Source of the DNA: Gemmatimonadota bacterium | Lineage (GTDB): Bacteria; Gemmatimonadota; Gemmatimonadetes; Longimicrobiales; Gaopeijiaceae | Direction of reading: 5' to 3' | NCBI GenBank assembly: GCA_039589315.1 | Contig: JBDHHQ010000036.1 | Span: 1-64,000 of the forward strand | DNA: 64,000 nt | In this document: piece after piece, positions 1 to 7,578 of the stretch | How positions within the stretch are numbered: position 1 is the first letter of the stretch | Layout of the letters: every line of letters begins with the position of its first letter | Made by a program: the position numbers and the translations under genes | Notes under the pieces: model-generated | The model's database searches: none | Told to the model about the DNA's origin: nothing | The model's input: only the letters and a program-made list of their open reading frames with translations

Positions 1-267
1 AACCGGCGCGAACAGGGCGACCAGCGCCGCCGGCAGGGGAAAGTAGAAGTAGAACAGCGGGAAGCCCCCGAACCAGCCGTCGCTCCACCCCGTGAGACGT
101 CCGCTGGAGAACAGGTGGTCGACGGCCGAAGAGAATGGAAAGACGTGCAGGCCCAGATCTCCCCCTGCCGGGGTGGTGGGGGAGAGGAGGAGTCGGGGGT
201 CGAGGACGGCGAGGATGCACCCTGCCGTGAGGACCGGAAGCAAGAGCCCTACCCGGTCCCGGCTCAT
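1..267 (-). CDS. GT-C-like membrane protein (6-pyruvoyl-tetrahydropterin synthase-related membrane family), runs off the window edge
   Basis: Not in the ORF track; translated by hand as MSRDRVGLLLPVLTAGCILAVLDPRLLLSPTTPAGGDLGLHVFP...GWSDGWFGGFPLFYFYFPLPAAL. The ATG (265-267) overlaps the stop of the GT2 gene (ATGA). The GGD..H / W...W..G.PLF.FY.PL pattern fits this family. Confidence 0.7.
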   Translation of the reverse strand, partial: MSRDRVGLLLPVLTAGCILAVLDPRLLLSPTTPAGGDLGLHVFPFSSAVDHLFSSGRLTGWSDGWFGGFPLFYFYFPLPAALVALFAPV

Positions 268-971
268 CCCCGTCGCTTACGCATGTACAGGCCCAACAGC
301 TCCCTGACCAGGCTCACGGAGCTGCCGGTGGCCACGAAGCGTGAGTCATCCCGCGGGGTGGTCTCGATGGGGAACTCCTGGATCCGACGTTCGTCCCGTG
401 ACAGCGTCACCAGGAGCTCCGTGTCCCAGAGCCAGGCGGCGCTTTCGACGCGAGAGAGGGCACGGAGGAGCACGTCGCCCCGGAACAGCTTCAACCCCGC
501 CTGGTGGTCCCGAAAGGACGTGCCGAACAGGCGGCGCACGGCGCCGTTGTACACTGCCGTGTTCAGGCGCCGGGAAAAGGGACGGTCACGGTTGAGGGAC
601 GGGTCCAGGGCCTTGGAGGCGATCACGGCGTCGTATCCGGACTCCAGAACTTCCAGCATCGGGCCGACGTAGGAAACGTCGATCTCGAGATCGGCGTCGA
701 TGAAGCCCAGGTACTCCCCTCGGGAGGCCTGGAAGCAGCGCGTCAACATGGCGCCCTTGCCAGAAACGGAGCTCTGGATCAATTGCACGCACGGAAGGCC
801 GAGACCGAGGACAACGTTGCCGGTGCCGTCGGTGGACGCGGAGTCGCCCACGACGATGCGATAGGGGATGTCCAGCGCACCGAGGTAGGCGTCGACTCTG
901 CGCACGGAGTCGCCGATGACCGCGGCCTCGTTGTGGGCCGGGAGGACGAGCGTCAGTTTCGGGAGGGTCAA
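264..971 (-). CDS. GT2 polyprenol-phosphate glycosyltransferase (DPM1/DPG synthase-like)
   Basis: LVLPAHNEA N-terminus, DSASTDGT, GKG, FIDADLE (DxD), FRDHQAGLKLF; TTG start. Confidence 0.88.
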   Translation of the reverse strand: MTLPKLTLVLPAHNEAAVIGDSVRRVDAYLGALDIPYRIVVGDSASTDGTGNVVLGLGLPCVQLIQSSVSGKGAMLTRCFQASRGEYLGFIDADLEIDVSYVGPMLEVLESGYDAVIASKALDPSLNRDRPFSRRLNTAVYNGAVRRLFGTSFRDHQAGLKLFRGDVLLRALSRVESAAWLWDTELLVTLSRDERRIQEFPIETTPRDDSRFVATGSSVSLVRELLGLYMRKRRG

Positions 972-1004
972 CCGTCCGGGCTCCGTGCCAAGTCGAGTGG
1001 GCGG

Positions 1005-2456
1005 ATGCCGGCGTCCGGCGGCGCCCGGAGTCCCGGCTCCAACATTATCGAGGGGTTCGATCCAATTCTAAAGTCCCACCCCCGCTTCCGCAGCGAGCCT
1101 CTCACAGGATGGGGTCGCTTTCCGGTGGAGACCTGCCGGGTGTATCGGCCGGAGGCCCGGGGCGAGTTGTCGGAGATCGTCACCGGCGCAGCCGAGGATT
1201 CCTTCCTACCGAGGGGCCTGGGCCGAAGCTACGGTGACGCCGCTTTGAACGGTGACGCGGCCGTGATCTCGCTCCTTCGACTCGACCGTCTTCTCTCCCT
1301 GAACGAGGACGAGGGGGTCCTGGAGTGTGAAGCCGGGGTCGGTCTGGGCGACATCCTCGATGCCGTCGTGCCGAGGGGCTTCTTCCTCCCCGTCGTGCCC
1401 GGCACCCGCTTCGTGACGGTGGGCGGCGCGATCGCGAGCGACATTCACGGAAAGAACCATCACCGGGACGGCACATTCTCACGCTTCGTCGTCGATCTCA
1501 CGCTGCTCACACCCGGGGGCGAGCTCGTACGGTGCTCCCCGGAGGTATATCGGGACCTGTTCTGGGCAACAGTGGGCGGCATGGGTCTGACCGGGATAAT
1601 CGTGACGGCGCGCATCCGACTTCACCACATTACGACGCGATATATATCGGTAGACTATCGCAAAGCACCCGACCTCGACGCAGCACTCGCATTGTTCGAC
1701 GAGGCCGATGACCAATATCCGTATTCAGTCGCTTGGATTGACTGTCTTTCGCGGGGCCGAGCGCTCGGACGATCCGTGTTGATGTTCGGCGAGCATGCCA
1801 CCCGGGAGCGCGTCAAGGACGCCCATCTCGACGTCGCCTCGAGTCGCGCACGTTTGAGTGTGCCATTCGACGCTCCGGGCATCGCGCTGAATCGTATAAG
1901 CGTCCGCGCGTTCAACACGTTCTATTACGCCCTGCACAGAACTCGTGATGACGCCCTGGTGAGCGCCGACCGGTTCTTCTTCCCACTCGATGGAGTACGA
2001 GACTGGAATCGGCTTTACGGGCGTCGGGGTTTCGTCCAATACCAAGCGGTCCTTCCGCTGGACCGAGGGGGCGAGGGCGTTCGCAGGCTTCTGGAGGGTC
2101 TGTCGGCTTCGGGACTGTCGTCCTTTCTCGCGGTGCTGAAGAAGATGGGTCCAGAAGGCGATGGTCACCTTTCGTTTCCCATGGAAGGATATACACTGGC
2201 ACTCGATATTCCCCGGCGCCGCGGTCTCGGCAAGCTGCTGGGCGCTCTCGACCGTATCGTATTGGATCACGGTGGTCGAATATACCTGGCGAAGGACGCG
2301 TCCCTGGTGGCCGGCGCGTTTCGACAGATGTACCCGGGCCTGGACCGCTTTCAGAGCGTGAAGAACGCCATCGACCCCGACGGCCTTTTCTCGTCGTCGC
2401 AGGCGAGACGCCTCGGCATTACGGACGCTAGTAGGAAGGAGGGTGACCGGTCGTGA
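1005..2456 (+). CDS. dprE1: FAD-binding oxidoreductase, decaprenylphosphoryl-beta-D-ribose 2'-oxidase (DprE1)-like
   Basis: GWGR, RGLGRSYGDAA, PGTRFVTVGGAIASDIHGKNHH, YSVAWID, WNRLYG..GFVQYQ, SFLAVLK, GGRIYLAKD, S.QARRLG. Start uncertain; the 504 start overlaps the GT2 gene and was rejected. Confidence 0.88.
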   Translation: MPASGGARSPGSNIIEGFDPILKSHPRFRSEPLTGWGRFPVETCRVYRPEARGELSEIVTGAAEDSFLPRGLGRSYGDAALNGDAAVISLLRLDRLLSLNEDEGVLECEAGVGLGDILDAVVPRGFFLPVVPGTRFVTVGGAIASDIHGKNHHRDGTFSRFVVDLTLLTPGGELVRCSPEVYRDLFWATVGGMGLTGIIVTARIRLHHITTRYISVDYRKAPDLDAALALFDEADDQYPYSVAWIDCLSRGRALGRSVLMFGEHATRERVKDAHLDVASSRARLSVPFDAPGIALNRISVRAFNTFYYALHRTRDDALVSADRFFFPLDGVRDWNRLYGRRGFVQYQAVLPLDRGGEGVRRLLEGLSASGLSSFLAVLKKMGPEGDGHLSFPMEGYTLALDIPRRRGLGKLLGALDRIVLDHGGRIYLAKDASLVAGAFRQMYPGLDRFQSVKNAIDPDGLFSSSQARRLGITDASRKEGDRS

Positions 2457-3229
2457 GCGATGCGGGCGAGGGAGTGGGGGCCGAGCTGGGCGAAGGTGCC
2501 GGACCGGTTCTGATCGTCGGGGTCACCTCGGCCATCGCCCAGGCCACGGCCGCGGCGTTCGCGGCCCACGGCCACGACCTGTTGGTCACGGGTCGCAACC
2601 CGGAGGAGCTCGAGGCGGTGGCGGCCGACCTCGCGCTGCGACACCGGGTCGAGGTGGAAGCGCGCGTCTTCGACGCCCTGGACTTCGAGGCCCACGACGG
2701 GCTGATGGACGCTGCCGGGATGGGGCCTCTGAGCGGCGTCGTGTTGGCGCTCGGATACATGGGCGATCAGGAAGAGGCGCAGGGCGACTTTCGCGAAGCA
2801 CGCCGGATCGTCGATACCAACTACACGGCGTGCGTGGCGCTGCTGGAGAAGGCGGCATCGATCCTGGAGGACAGGGGGCGCGGGTTCATCTGCGTCGTGG
2901 GGTCGGTGGCAGGCGATCGCGGGCGTCAGAGCAACTACCTCTACGGATCGGCGAAGTCCGGCCTCGCCGCGTACCTGCAGGGGCTACGGAATCGGCTCCA
3001 TCCGGCAGGGGTGACGGTCACCACAGTGAAGCCGGGGTTCGTGGACACGCGCATGACATACGGCAAGGAAGGCATGTTCCTGGTAGCGTCGCCCGAGTCC
3101 GTCGGTCGGGGCATCTACCGGGCAGCGCGCCGGGGTCGGAGCGTCGTGTATCTGCCTGGCTTCTGGCGCCTCATCATGTGGGTGATCCGGAGCATCCCCG
3201 AGCCGGTGTTCAAGCGCCTGAAGCTGTGA
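2453..3229 (+). CDS. dprE2: SDR oxidoreductase, DprE2-like ketopentose reductase
   Basis: GxTSAIA Rossmann variant, SVAGDRGRQSNYLYGSAKSG (YxxxK), VKPGFVDTRMT; GTGA overlap with dprE1. Confidence 0.85.
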   Translation: MSDAGEGVGAELGEGAGPVLIVGVTSAIAQATAAAFAAHGHDLLVTGRNPEELEAVAADLALRHRVEVEARVFDALDFEAHDGLMDAAGMGPLSGVVLALGYMGDQEEAQGDFREARRIVDTNYTACVALLEKAASILEDRGRGFICVVGSVAGDRGRQSNYLYGSAKSGLAAYLQGLRNRLHPAGVTVTTVKPGFVDTRMTYGKEGMFLVASPESVGRGIYRAARRGRSVVYLPGFWRLIMWVIRSIPEPVFKRLKL

Positions 3230-3239
3230 CCCGACGGTC

Positions 3240-4091
3240 ATGACCATGCCGCTACCTCCTGTCGTCCGCCTGCTCCGGCCTCGGCACTGGGTCAAGAACC
3301 TGTTCGTTTTCGCGCCCCTCGTGTTCGCGGGCCAGATGACGGATCCCCAGGCCACCCTCCGTGCAGTCGCGGCGGCGGCGGTGTTCACGCTCGCGGCGGT
3401 GGTGGTCTACGTTCTCAACGACCTGATGGACCTCGAGCGCGACCGGCAGCACCCCGTGAAGAGCAAGACACGGCCGCTGGCGGCGGGGGACGTGTCCCTG
3501 ACGACTGCCCGGATCGTGTTGGCCGTGTTGGCGACGGGCATCTTCGGTGCCTTGCTGGCGCTCCCGTCACTGATCATCCCGGTCGGACTCTATCTACTCA
3601 TCAACCTGGCCTACAGCGCCGGGCTCAAGCGGGTGGCGGTGGTCGACCTGTTCTGCGTCGCGTCGGGGTTCCTGCTGCGGGTCTACGCGGGCGCGCGGGT
3701 CATCGACGTCCCGCTGAGCTCGTGGATGCTCATCACCACCCTCTGCCTGGCTCTGTATCTGGCTGCCATCAAGCGAAGGCAAGAGCTCGCGACCCGAGGT
3801 ACGGACGGCCGTTCGGTGCTCCAGGAGTACTCGATCCCGTTGCTGGATCGGTACGCCGAGATGTCGGGAGTGGCCGCGTTGCTCTTCTATGGGCTCTACG
3901 TCATCGAGGTGCGTCCCCGGCTCGTGGTGACGATCCCGCTCGTGTTGTTCGGGCTCTTCCGGTATTGGTACCTGGTCGAGCGAGAAGGGCACGGCGAGTC
4001 CCCGACGGAGGCCGTCTGGAACGACGTGTCTCTCGCCGTGACGGTGCTGGCCTGGGGTGCGCTGTCGGCCTATGTCGTCTGGGCGGGCTAG
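3240..4091 (+). CDS. UbiA-family decaprenyl-phosphate phosphoribosyltransferase (Rv3806c-like)
   Basis: RPRHWVKNLFVF, YVLNDLMDLERDRQHPVK..RPLAAG, KRRQEL, GESPT; multiple TM helices. Confidence 0.88.
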   Translation: MTMPLPPVVRLLRPRHWVKNLFVFAPLVFAGQMTDPQATLRAVAAAAVFTLAAVVVYVLNDLMDLERDRQHPVKSKTRPLAAGDVSLTTARIVLAVLATGIFGALLALPSLIIPVGLYLLINLAYSAGLKRVAVVDLFCVASGFLLRVYAGARVIDVPLSSWMLITTLCLALYLAAIKRRQELATRGTDGRSVLQEYSIPLLDRYAEMSGVAALLFYGLYVIEVRPRLVVTIPLVLFGLFRYWYLVEREGHGESPTEAVWNDVSLAVTVLAWGALSAYVVWAG

Positions 4092-5586
4092 GCTGGCCGC
4101 GGCGGCCGCCGGCGCGGCTGCCCTCGTGCTGATCGCCACCTGGCGGGGGATCGGTCTGTCCCCCGATTCCATCTCCTACCTCTCGGCGGGGCGGAGCATG
4201 GCGTCGGGTGGAGGCCTGCGCGTCTGGCACGGGGCACCGTTGACGGATTGGCCGCCCCTCTATCCGGCGCTGTTGGCGCTCCTGGCCCGGATCGGTCTCG
4301 ATCCGGCCCACGCGGCCCGCGGCGTGGCCGTGGTCGTCCACGCCGCGACCCTGGGCGTGGCGGGCGCGTGGCTTCTCACCAGATCCCGGTCGGCGCCGGT
4401 CGCTTGGGCTGGTATCGCGGCCCTCGCGGTGGCGCCTCACCTGCTGTGGGTGTCTTCCTGGGCATGGTCCGAGTCGCTGTTCATGCTGTTCACCGTGGGT
4501 TGCCTGGCGTGTCTGGACGTCACGGTCCGCCGTCCGGACCGGCGGTGGATCGCGGCGGCGGCGGCGCTGGCGGCGGGGGCGGCGCTGACCCGGTACGTGG
4601 GCGTGTCCGTCATCGGGGCCGGTGGCCTGTTCCTACTCCTCAGAACCCGCGGGGACCTTCGCCGCAGGGTGGCGCGGGCGATTGGGTTCACCCTGGTCGC
4701 CACCGGGCCCCTGGCACTCTGGCTCCTACGGAACCACACTCTGACCGGGACCATCACCGGCGAGCGCGCTCCCGGCCAATGGGGCCTGGGATTCAACCTG
4801 AGCCGGGTGCTCCTCTACCTGTCAAGCTGGGTGCTTCCACCGGCTGGGGAGGGCGCCTGGATCGGCGTCGCGCACGGAGCACTCCTGTTGCTCCTGGGCG
4901 CGGCCCTGTGGCTCGGCGCGCGCCAGCTTCGGTCGGTTGGGGAGGGTGGGGACGAGCCGCGGGATCTCGAGGCCATGGTCGCCTGTGGACTCTTCTTGGC
5001 CGGGTACGTGGCCCTTCTGGTCTGGTCGGCTACCACCGTCGCGCTGGACGTCCTCAACCACCGGCTCATGGCCCCGCTGTATCCGCCTCTGGTGATCCTG
5101 GCGACGTTGGCCGCCGACCGGGCGCTGTCCGCCACCGCGGGGGATCGGGCCGTGCTGCGGCGCACCCTGGCGGGGGCGGCCGCGGTCTGGCTCCTGCTCA
5201 CCGTTCCCCTCACCGCCCAGGTGTTGGGTCAGGCTGCCGCGGGCCTGGGCTATCGCTCACCGGCTTGGCGCTCGTCCGAGCTGGTCGCACACCTTCGGAA
5301 CGATCCTCCGAGGGGTGCGGTGTACAGCAATGACGCGCCCGGCGTCTACTACCTCACCGGCATTCCGGCGCGTTGGGGCCCGCGACGGCACGTATACAAC
5401 TCTCCGCAGACGATCCCGGACGACATCACCCCGATTCGAGAGGCCCGAGCCGAGGGGACGGCCATCGCCCTCGTCTGGTTCCGTCATGTGCCGCCGTATT
5501 TCATGGCCGCGACGGAGGTCGAATCCCGTCTGGACGTGGAGTCGGTGGCCAGGACGGCCGACGGCTTCCTGTACAGGATGCGTTGA
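4072..5586 (+). CDS. GT-C fold (PMT/ArnT-like) integral membrane glycosyltransferase, paralog 1
   Basis: N-terminal TM then SPDSISY loop, WPPLYP, WSE, LTRYVG, many TM helices, soluble C-terminal domain; ATG 4072 overlaps the end of the UbiA gene. Confidence 0.75.
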   Translation: MSSGRARLAAAAAGAAALVLIATWRGIGLSPDSISYLSAGRSMASGGGLRVWHGAPLTDWPPLYPALLALLARIGLDPAHAARGVAVVVHAATLGVAGAWLLTRSRSAPVAWAGIAALAVAPHLLWVSSWAWSESLFMLFTVGCLACLDVTVRRPDRRWIAAAAALAAGAALTRYVGVSVIGAGGLFLLLRTRGDLRRRVARAIGFTLVATGPLALWLLRNHTLTGTITGERAPGQWGLGFNLSRVLLYLSSWVLPPAGEGAWIGVAHGALLLLLGAALWLGARQLRSVGEGGDEPRDLEAMVACGLFLAGYVALLVWSATTVALDVLNHRLMAPLYPPLVILATLAADRALSATAGDRAVLRRTLAGAAAVWLLLTVPLTAQVLGQAAAGLGYRSPAWRSSELVAHLRNDPPRGAVYSNDAPGVYYLTGIPARWGPRRHVYNSPQTIPDDITPIREARAEGTAIALVWFRHVPPYFMAATEVESRLDVESVARTADGFLYRMR

Positions 5587-5709
5587 GGTGACCGACCAGG
5601 GCCAGGAGACGTTACACCCCGACGACGGCGATCGCCTGGACGGCGCCCTGGCGGTGTGGACGGGGCGACACGGCCCGGGCACGGCCTGTCGCGTCGACGT
5701 GGGCTTCGA

Positions 5710-7320
5710 ATGAGCGTTCGCCCGTCGCGGTGGCCCGTCGCGTTCGTGGTCGTGGTGGCAGCGGCCGTTTTGGCGGCCGCCGGATCGACATCCGGGATCG
5801 GGATCTCCCCGGATTCGTCCCGCTACCTTTCGGTCGCGAGCTCTCTGCGTGAGGGCCGGGGGTTCGTAGGCTGGACCGGAGCTCCCGTCACCCTTTGGCC
5901 ACCACTCTACCCGGCGCTCATCGGCGCCCTCGGGCTGCTCGGAGTGGGGGGCGGGGCCGCGGCGCGGGTGCTGAACGTGGTCCTCTTCGCCGGGCTGTGC
6001 GGCGGTGTGTACGTCTGGCTGATCCGGCGGCTCTCCAGCCGGGCGGTCGTGGCCTCGGCAACGCTCGCCGTGGTCCTGGCCCCCACGCTGGTCCACCTCA
6101 CGCTGTGGGCGTGGTCCGAGCTGGTGTTCATCTCCCTCTGCGTGACCTCCCTGTTCGCTGTCGAGCGTGCGATCCGGAGCGGCGAGCTCGGGCCCGTCTG
6201 GTGGGGGGCGATCCTCGCGGGCGGCGCGGCGCTCACTCGGTACACGGGTGTGGCGCTCATCGCCGCCTGCTGTCTGGCCCTGCTGCTGCCCCGCCGCAGC
6301 TGGATCGCTCGCCTCCGGGCCAGCGTGACGTTCGGGTTGGTGTCCTCCGCGCCGCTCGCCCTGTGGTTCGCCCGCAACTGGGTGCGGGACGGGACGCTGA
6401 TGGGTCCCCGCCCCCCGTCCCTCCTCGGCTTCGGGTTCAACGCCGGGCGCCTCGCCATGCAGCCCGTGGAGTGGTGGCTGCCCACGCTCCGGGAGGGCAG
6501 GGTACAGCCGGTGCTCTTCGGACTCCTGGCGGCCGCGGTGCTGACGTGGATGTTGGCGGCGTGGCGCTGGGCGGGTGCCGCACCCCTGGGCAACGCATGG
6601 GACTCAAGCCCCGATGCCGCGCCGGTGGCGCCGTCGCTCGGGAGTGCGCCGTCGACGCGGTTCGGGCCGGATGCTCCCTGGGGGAGTCGGTACGAGCTGC
6701 TGGTCCCGGTCCTTCCCTTCCTCTTCTACGGCGCTGCCCACTTCCTGCTCCTGCTGTATTCGAGCACGACCGTCTACCTCGAAGTGATTACCAGCCGCTA
6801 CACGGCCCCGGCGTACGTGCCGGCGCTGCTCTTCGCCGCGGTGGCGGCGGACGGATTGGTGGCGCGGGCCGGCGCGCGCGCAGCTGCCCTCCTGGGCCTC
6901 GGCGCAGCCATTCTGGGGCTCTGGCTGGTCCAGGCGGTTCCTCTGGATCTGCGGCTTCTCGAATCGGGGCGAGCCGGCCTCGGTTACGCGTCACCCGAGT
7001 GGCAGGCATCACCGCTCGTGGCCTATCTCCAGGAGCACCCGCCCACGGGCACCGTCTTCAGCAACGCCGAAGCGGCCGTGTACGTTCTCACGGGGATCCC
7101 GGCGGAGCGAGGCCCCACGCGACCTCTCGACGGTGGACCGGGGCCTACCGAGGACGTGGCGCGCTTCCGGGAGGCCCTCGCCTCGGGAGAGCCGGTCCAC
7201 CTCGCCTGGTTCAAGGAACGGGTGGCGGAGTACTACCTCGGCTGGGACGAGCTGGACGAGCTGTCCGCGCTCCAGCTGGTGTCGGAGCACGACGACGGGG
7301 TGCTGTTGCGGGTCAGATAG
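5710..7320 (+). CDS. GT-C fold (PMT/ArnT-like) integral membrane glycosyltransferase, paralog 2
   Basis: SPDSSRY, WPPLYP, WSE, LTRYTG, GLGYASPEW; clearly homologous to the preceding gene. Confidence 0.75.
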   Translation: MSVRPSRWPVAFVVVVAAAVLAAAGSTSGIGISPDSSRYLSVASSLREGRGFVGWTGAPVTLWPPLYPALIGALGLLGVGGGAAARVLNVVLFAGLCGGVYVWLIRRLSSRAVVASATLAVVLAPTLVHLTLWAWSELVFISLCVTSLFAVERAIRSGELGPVWWGAILAGGAALTRYTGVALIAACCLALLLPRRSWIARLRASVTFGLVSSAPLALWFARNWVRDGTLMGPRPPSLLGFGFNAGRLAMQPVEWWLPTLREGRVQPVLFGLLAAAVLTWMLAAWRWAGAAPLGNAWDSSPDAAPVAPSLGSAPSTRFGPDAPWGSRYELLVPVLPFLFYGAAHFLLLLYSSTTVYLEVITSRYTAPAYVPALLFAAVAADGLVARAGARAAALLGLGAAILGLWLVQAVPLDLRLLESGRAGLGYASPEWQASPLVAYLQEHPPTGTVFSNAEAAVYVLTGIPAERGPTRPLDGGPGPTEDVARFREALASGEPVHLAWFKERVAEYYLGWDELDELSALQLVSEHDDGVLLRVR

Positions 7321-7426
7321 CCACGCTGCTGTCCATGGCAACGCCACTGTCCAGAGCCACGCCGTCATCCCTTCGCTACGCCGTCACCCTTTCTCGGGCC
7401 GCCGTGCACCGCCACGCCGCTACTCG
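7320..7426. repeat. Degenerate 18-19 nt tandem repeat
   Basis: Units GCCACGCTGCTGTCCATG (7320), GCAACGCCACTGTCCAGA (7338), GCCACGCCGTCATCCCTTC (7356), GCTACGCCGTCACCCTTTC (7375), GCCACGCCGCTACTCG (7411). Confidence 0.5.
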
Positions 7427-7548
7427 AAGAGGCGAGTGTTGTAGAGGACCCATGATCCGGTGAGCATCGCGGACGCCACCACGACGACGACGGTCACCGC
7501 GCCGAGCAGCCAGACCCCGAGCCGGCTGGCACGGGTCGGGCTGCCCAC
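7420..7548 (-). CDS. Possible 42-aa single-TM peptide
   Basis: GTG start, VGSPTRASRLGVWLLGAVTVVVVVASAMLTGSWVLYNTRLFE; in the same frame as the upstream symporter. Confidence 0.35.
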   Translation of the reverse strand: MGSPTRASRLGVWLLGAVTVVVVVASAMLTGSWVLYNTRLFE

Positions 7549-7578
7549 CGACGCCGGGGCCGGTCTCGGATGGAGACG

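Noticed and set aside
504..1004. N-terminal extension of the 650-aa DprE1 ORF
   Set aside because: It is antisense to the well-supported GT2 gene, and DprE1 similarity starts only near GWGR (about 1105)
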